A DNA stretch of 37,480 nt from Macrostomum lignano (lineage: Eukaryota): contig NIVC01004704.1 in the NCBI GenBank assembly GCA_002269645.1, positions 1 to 37,480 of the forward strand, read 5' to 3'. A model generated the notes under the pieces. That model did not search any database. It was not told where the DNA came from and was given only the letters and a program-made list of their open reading frames with translations. Positions 33,060 through 37,480 of this stretch are shown here, in pieces (within the stretch, counting starts at the first letter, position 1; each line of letters begins with the position of its first letter). The translations under genes and the position numbers were made by a program.

Positions 33060-34235
33060 GGAGACGGGCAGGGGAGGGTGGAGGCACGGTCAGGGGAGGG
33101 TGGAGGCACGGTCAGGGGAGGATGGAGACACGGTCAGGGGAGGATGGAGACACGGTCAGGGGAGGGTGGAGACACGGGCAGGGGAGGGTGGAGACACGGG
33201 CAGGGGAGGGTGGAGACACGGGCAGGGGAGGGTGGAGACACGGGCAGGGGAGGGTGGAGACACGGGCAGGGGAGGGTGGAGACACGGGCAGGGGAGGGTG
33301 GAGACACGGGCAGGGGAGGGTGGAGACACGGGCAGGGGAGGGTGGAGACACGGGCAGGGGAGGGTGGAGACACGGGCAGGTGAGGATGGAGACACGGGCA
33401 GGGGAGGATGGAGACACGGGCAGGGGAGGGTGGAGACACGGGCAGGGGAGGATGGAGACACGGGCAGGGGAGGGTGGAGACACGGGCAGGGGAGGGTGGA
33501 GACACGGGCAGGGGAGGATGGAGACACGGGCAGGGGAGGGTGGAGACACGGGCAGGGGAGGGTGGAGACACGGGCAGGGGAGGGTGGAGACACGGGCAGG
33601 TGAGGATGGAGACACGGGCAGGTGAGGATGGAGACACGGGCAGGGGAGGGTGGAGACACGGGCAGGGGAGGATGGAGACACGGGCAGGGGAGGATGGAGA
33701 CACGGGCAGGGGAGGGTGGAGACACGGGCAGGGGAGGGTGGAGACACGGGCAGGGAGGGTGGAGGCACGGTCAGGGGAGGATGGAGACACGGTCAGGGGA
33801 GGATGGAGACACGGGCAGGGGAGGGTGGAGACACGGGCAGGGGAGGGTGGAGACACGGGCAGGGGAGGGTGGAGACACGGGCAGGTGAGGATGGAGACAC
33901 GGGCAGGGGAGGGTGGAGACACGGGCAGGTGAGGATGGAGACACGGGCAGGGGAGGGTGGAGACACGGCAGGGGAGGGTGAGGCACGGTCAGGGGAGGAT
34001 GGAGACACGGTCAGGGGAGGATGGAGACACGGGCAGGGGAGGATGGAGACACGGGCAGGGGAGGTGGAGACACGGGCAGGGAGGGTGGAGGCACGGGCAG
34101 GGGAGGGTGGAGACACGGGCAGGGGAGGGTGGAGGCACGGTCAGGGGAGGATGGAGACACGGGCAGGGAGGATGGAGACACGGTCAGGGGAGGATGGAGA
34201 CACGGGCAGGGAGGGTGGAGACATGGGCAGGGGAA
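33060..34235. repeat. G-rich intronic minisatellite, 22-bp unit GGAGACACGGGCAGGGGAGGGT
   Basis: Direct inspection; IARS2 intron 4. Confidence 0.96.
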
Positions 34236-34597
34236 GATGTGATCTTGCATAAATAGCTGATAGCTAAGAAGGCTTAGTTTTTAGGAGAAAGGGATTTGTT
34301 TGTTTTCCCTTTGTGTTTCCAGCCTCCGACAGCGCAAGTTTTCTGTTTCAAAAGAATAAGTCTCTCTTTTGAGCCCGCCTTTTTTCATTTCCCGTCTTCC
34401 TTTTTAGGTGCGGAATCCCGCGTTTGTGCCTTGTGTCTATCATTTCGAGTGTCTGCAAAATCTCCTTTGGCGCTTCAGTGCTTTTTGAAAGCTTTTTTCT
34501 ATTTCCGTTTTGACTGAATTCAATTAATTTTTTTCGAATCTCTTCCTAAAAGCATCTTTAAGTAATTCTTCATCATTCTACTGAATAATTCGGGATC

Positions 34598-35112
34598 CCA
34601 ATATCCGCCCGGTCATCTACCTCACAGTCTACCCCAATATCCGCCCGGTCATCTACCTCACAGTCTACCCCAATATCCGCCCGGTCATCTACCCCACTGT
34701 TTACCCAATATCCGCCCGGTCATCTACCCCACTGTCTACCCCAATATCCGCCCGGTCATCTACCTCACAGTCTACCCCATTATCCGCCCGGTTATCTACC
34801 TCACAGTTTACCCCAATATCCGCCCGGTCATCTACCTCACAGTCTACCCCAATATCCGCCCGGTCATCTACCTCACAGTCTACCCCAATATCCGCCCGGT
34901 CATCTACCCCACTGTCTACCCAATATCCGCCCGGTCATCTACCCCACTGTCTACCCCAATATCCGCCCGGTTATCTACCCCATTGTCTACCCCAATATCC
35001 AGCTGGTCATCTACCCCATTGTCTACCCCAATATCCAGCCGGTCATCTACCCACTGTCTACCCCAGTGTCTCTGTATCCGGGTCATCTACCCCTGTCTAC
35101 CCCAATATCCCC
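34598..35112. repeat. Intronic minisatellite, ~36-bp unit CCAATATCCGCCCGGTCATCTACCTCACAGTCTACC
   Basis: Direct inspection; ends about 25 nt before the acceptor at 35136. Confidence 0.93.
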
Positions 35113-35136
35113 CACACCGTCCAACCCACTGCCCAG

Positions 35137-36213
35137 GTGATCCTCCGTCACGGGCCCGACGGTCTCCGCTACTGGGCTGCCAGCGCCGGCCTCGCCGTCA
35201 GACCGGAGATCGGCGACCGGCTTCTGGCCGCCGCCGACGGCCACGTCAAGCGGCTGCGCAGCCACCTGCGCTTTCTGCTCGGCTGCGTGTCCGACCTGCC
35301 TCTGTCCGAGACTGTCCGAACGGCTATCTGCCATCCGGCAGATGCCGGCTATCTCGCCCTGCTCGCCGACTTCGTCCGCTCGATCGAGGCCGCCTTCGAC
35401 GCCTGCGACACCGGCGCCGTGTGCCGCCAGCTGGAGCAGCTGCTGTCGCAGGCGGCCGGACCCTACCTGGCGGCCGTGAAGCACCGGCTCTACTGCTTCC
35501 CAGCCGACAGTCCCGACCGGCGCTCCGCCCAGGCTGCCCTGTGGCAGTCGCTGCGGGCAATCACCATGGCAACCGCTCCGGTACTGCCGCATCTGGCCGA
35601 GGAGGTCTACGCCGCTCTCCCAGTCGACGGATTCGGCGGCCGGCCGGCCGAGTCACCGACCAGCGTCTGTCTGGAGGCCTGGCAGTTCCCTGACCTGTCG
35701 GACAGCTCGGACAGTCGGACACTGCTCGGCCGGCAGCTGCTGGCCCTGTTCCGCCTGCGCTCGGCCGCTTTCGCCGGCTCTGACGAGTTCGCCCAGGCCG
35801 CCTCGGCCGCCGCCCGGCTGTCGCTGGCGCCGCTGAGTGCCGGCTGGGAGCTCCTGCTGGCCAACGACGCGTTGCCATGGCGACCAGAGGCCAAGGAGGA
35901 TCCTCGATTCGGCCGGCTGGCCGAGACACTGCGCTGCTCGTCCGTCCGGGTCGTCCGGGCTACCGAATTCGAGTCGCTGCGGGCGGCCGATCGGCGAGTG
36001 CTGACCGACTGCGACCTCGGCGACGTCGGCGTGCTGGTCGAGGAGGTCCGGCCCGACGTCTCCAGCGACTGCCCGCGCTGCCGCCGCCGCGTGGCCAAAG
36101 CTTCGGCCGGCGACACCTGCGGCGACGACGAACTGTGCCAGCAGTGCGCCGACTTCCTGCTGGACGGCTGGGCCTCTGACGCCGAGTCCAGCGAGACGGC
36201 GACGCGGCGATGA
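35137..36213 (+). CDS. IARS2: IARS2 terminal exon (anticodon-binding domain and C-terminal Zn finger)
   Basis: GPDGLRYWAA, KHRLYC, APVLPHLAEE, and a CPRC...LCQQC zinc finger of the bacterial/mitochondrial IleRS type. Stop ends at 36213. Confidence 0.92.
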   Translation: MILRHGPDGLRYWAASAGLAVRPEIGDRLLAAADGHVKRLRSHLRFLLGCVSDLPLSETVRTAICHPADAGYLALLADFVRSIEAAFDACDTGAVCRQLEQLLSQAAGPYLAAVKHRLYCFPADSPDRRSAQAALWQSLRAITMATAPVLPHLAEEVYAALPVDGFGGRPAESPTSVCLEAWQFPDLSDSSDSRTLLGRQLLALFRLRSAAFAGSDEFAQAASAAARLSLAPLSAGWELLLANDALPWRPEAKEDPRFGRLAETLRCSSVRVVRATEFESLRAADRRVLTDCDLGDVGVLVEEVRPDVSSDCPRCRRRVAKASAGDTCGDDELCQQCADFLLDGWASDAESSETATRR

Positions 36214-36217
36214 TCAA

Positions 36218-36795
36218 CTGATTTCCCATCCACCCCCTGAACCTTCAGGCTGATTTCCCATCCACCCCCTGAACCTTCAGGCTGATTCCCCATCTAATCC
36301 CCTGCATCTTCAGGCCGATTCCCCATCCACCCTGAACCTTCAGGCTGATTCCCCATCACCCCCTGAACCTTCAGGCTGATTTCCCATCCACCCCCTGAAC
36401 CTTCAGGCTGATTTCCCATCCACCCCCTGAACCTTCAGGCTGATTTCCCATCCACCCCCTGAACCTTCAGGCTGATTTCCCATCCACCCCCTGAACCTTC
36501 AGGCTGATTTCCCATCCACCCCTGAACCTTCAGGCTGATTTACCATCTAATCCTCTGAACCTTCAGGCCTGATTCCCCATTTTATCCCCTGCACCTTCAT
36601 GCGATTCCCCATCCACCCCTGAACCTTCATGCCGATTCCCCATCCACCCCTGAACCTTCATGCCGATTCCCCATCCACCCCCTGAACTTTCAGGCTGTTT
36701 CCCCATTTTATCCCCTGCACCTTCAGGCCGATTCCCCATCCACCCCTGAACCTTCAGGCTGATTCCCCATCTAATTCCCTGCACCTTCAGGCTTT
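36218..36795. repeat. Minisatellite, 31-33-bp unit CCACCCCTGAACCTTCAGGCTGATT(T/C)CCCAT, starting just after the IARS2 stop
   Basis: Direct inspection. Confidence 0.93.
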
Positions 36796-37480
36796 ATTCC
36801 AGGATGCTACACCTAGAATTCAAGCCTGTAGCTGGCAGTTGATGGGACAAAATTGTTGCAGTTAGAGATTGCTTTTTTACTCAAATTTATTGTTAACTTC
36901 CAAATAAAAGTGCGCAGTCAGTTTTAAGTTTTACAAATAAAAATCCGTTTTGCTTTGTTGAGCATAGATTGATTTTGCACTTTAAAACTGATTTTGCATA
37001 TCGATTAAAAGGCTTAATGGCCGCTCCGTTTTTAATTTAATCGGGTATTTATCCTTGCTAAAATGGAAAAGGTATTACAGTGTGTAGTTTTTAATTGAAC
37101 AGATTATTAACTGCAGAACAACTACAGTGTATCAGGGCGGGATCCCCCTAATCCCCTCACCCTGACAATTTTTTTTGCTGCGCCGGAACGTAGCAACGCA
37201 GGCACACGAAATTCAACAACAGGGGCAAACTGTCGAGATATTCAACGATTCTTCTAGAAGAGGTCGGATTTTTCCCATAAGCGCCAGCGTATTCAGTACA
37301 CCCCTGTGCGCCATCAGCACTGCGCCTCATGCAGCCTTGCCAAGCCTCCAAATTTCATCAGCACGCCGACCACATGTGTCTGCATCATCCTAACTTCGTT
37401 TGTCACTGGCCTTCACCCAGGCGGAGCTTCTGGACCTTCAACAGGTGGCACCAGGGGACTATAGACATCCTGTTTCTTAA

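Noticed and set aside
33030-34256. Many overlapping Gly/Arg-rich or Pro-rich ORFs
   Set aside because: All derive from the 22-bp G-rich intronic array.
27506-36213. Bacterial IleRS acquired by horizontal transfer, or contamination
   Set aside because: The gene has four spliceosomal introns with consistent phases; bacterial-like features are expected for mitochondrial IARS2.
37120-37480. Short ORFs and a TCAGGG...CCCTGA inverted repeat at the window end
   Set aside because: No recognisable protein motif, and the sequence is truncated by the window. It may be the edge of another gene or element, but that cannot be supported here.

Overview
Eukaryotic (metazoan) genomic DNA with three intron-containing housekeeping genes, all on the + strand. 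(1) An SCaMC-type mitochondrial ATP-Mg/Pi carrier (SLC25A23/24/25 family): four solid exons at 4556-8854 plus a probable upstream exon at 2294-2358; no EF-hand exons were found in the window. (2) A complete PICALM/AP180 clathrin adaptor: 7 coding exons, 12137-24735, about 518 aa. (3) Mitochondrial-type isoleucyl-tRNA synthetase IARS2: 5 coding exons, 27506-36213, about 1000 aa, with an apparent 1-nt frameshift near the start. PICALM intron 1 holds a complete Merlin (IS1595/ISXO2-like) DNA transposon with perfect 38-bp TIRs and an 8-bp TSD, an unclassified 786-bp MITE-like element, and an older degenerate inverted-repeat element. The most striking property is that roughly 44% of the window (hand estimate, about 16.6 kb) consists of about 20 minisatellite arrays, each with a different 15-54 bp unit. 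Twelve of 14 modelled introns contain one, and several introns are little more than a 65-130 nt stub inflated by their own array. One array multiplies a real splice donor, one forms an in-frame stop-free intron, and others are polymers of AP-1 or CCAAT motifs. The overall style suggests a free-living flatworm such as Macrostomum, but that is inference only. Most entries in the ORF track are repeat artefacts. All exon boundaries were assigned by hand from GT/AG signals, phase consistency and remembered family motifs.
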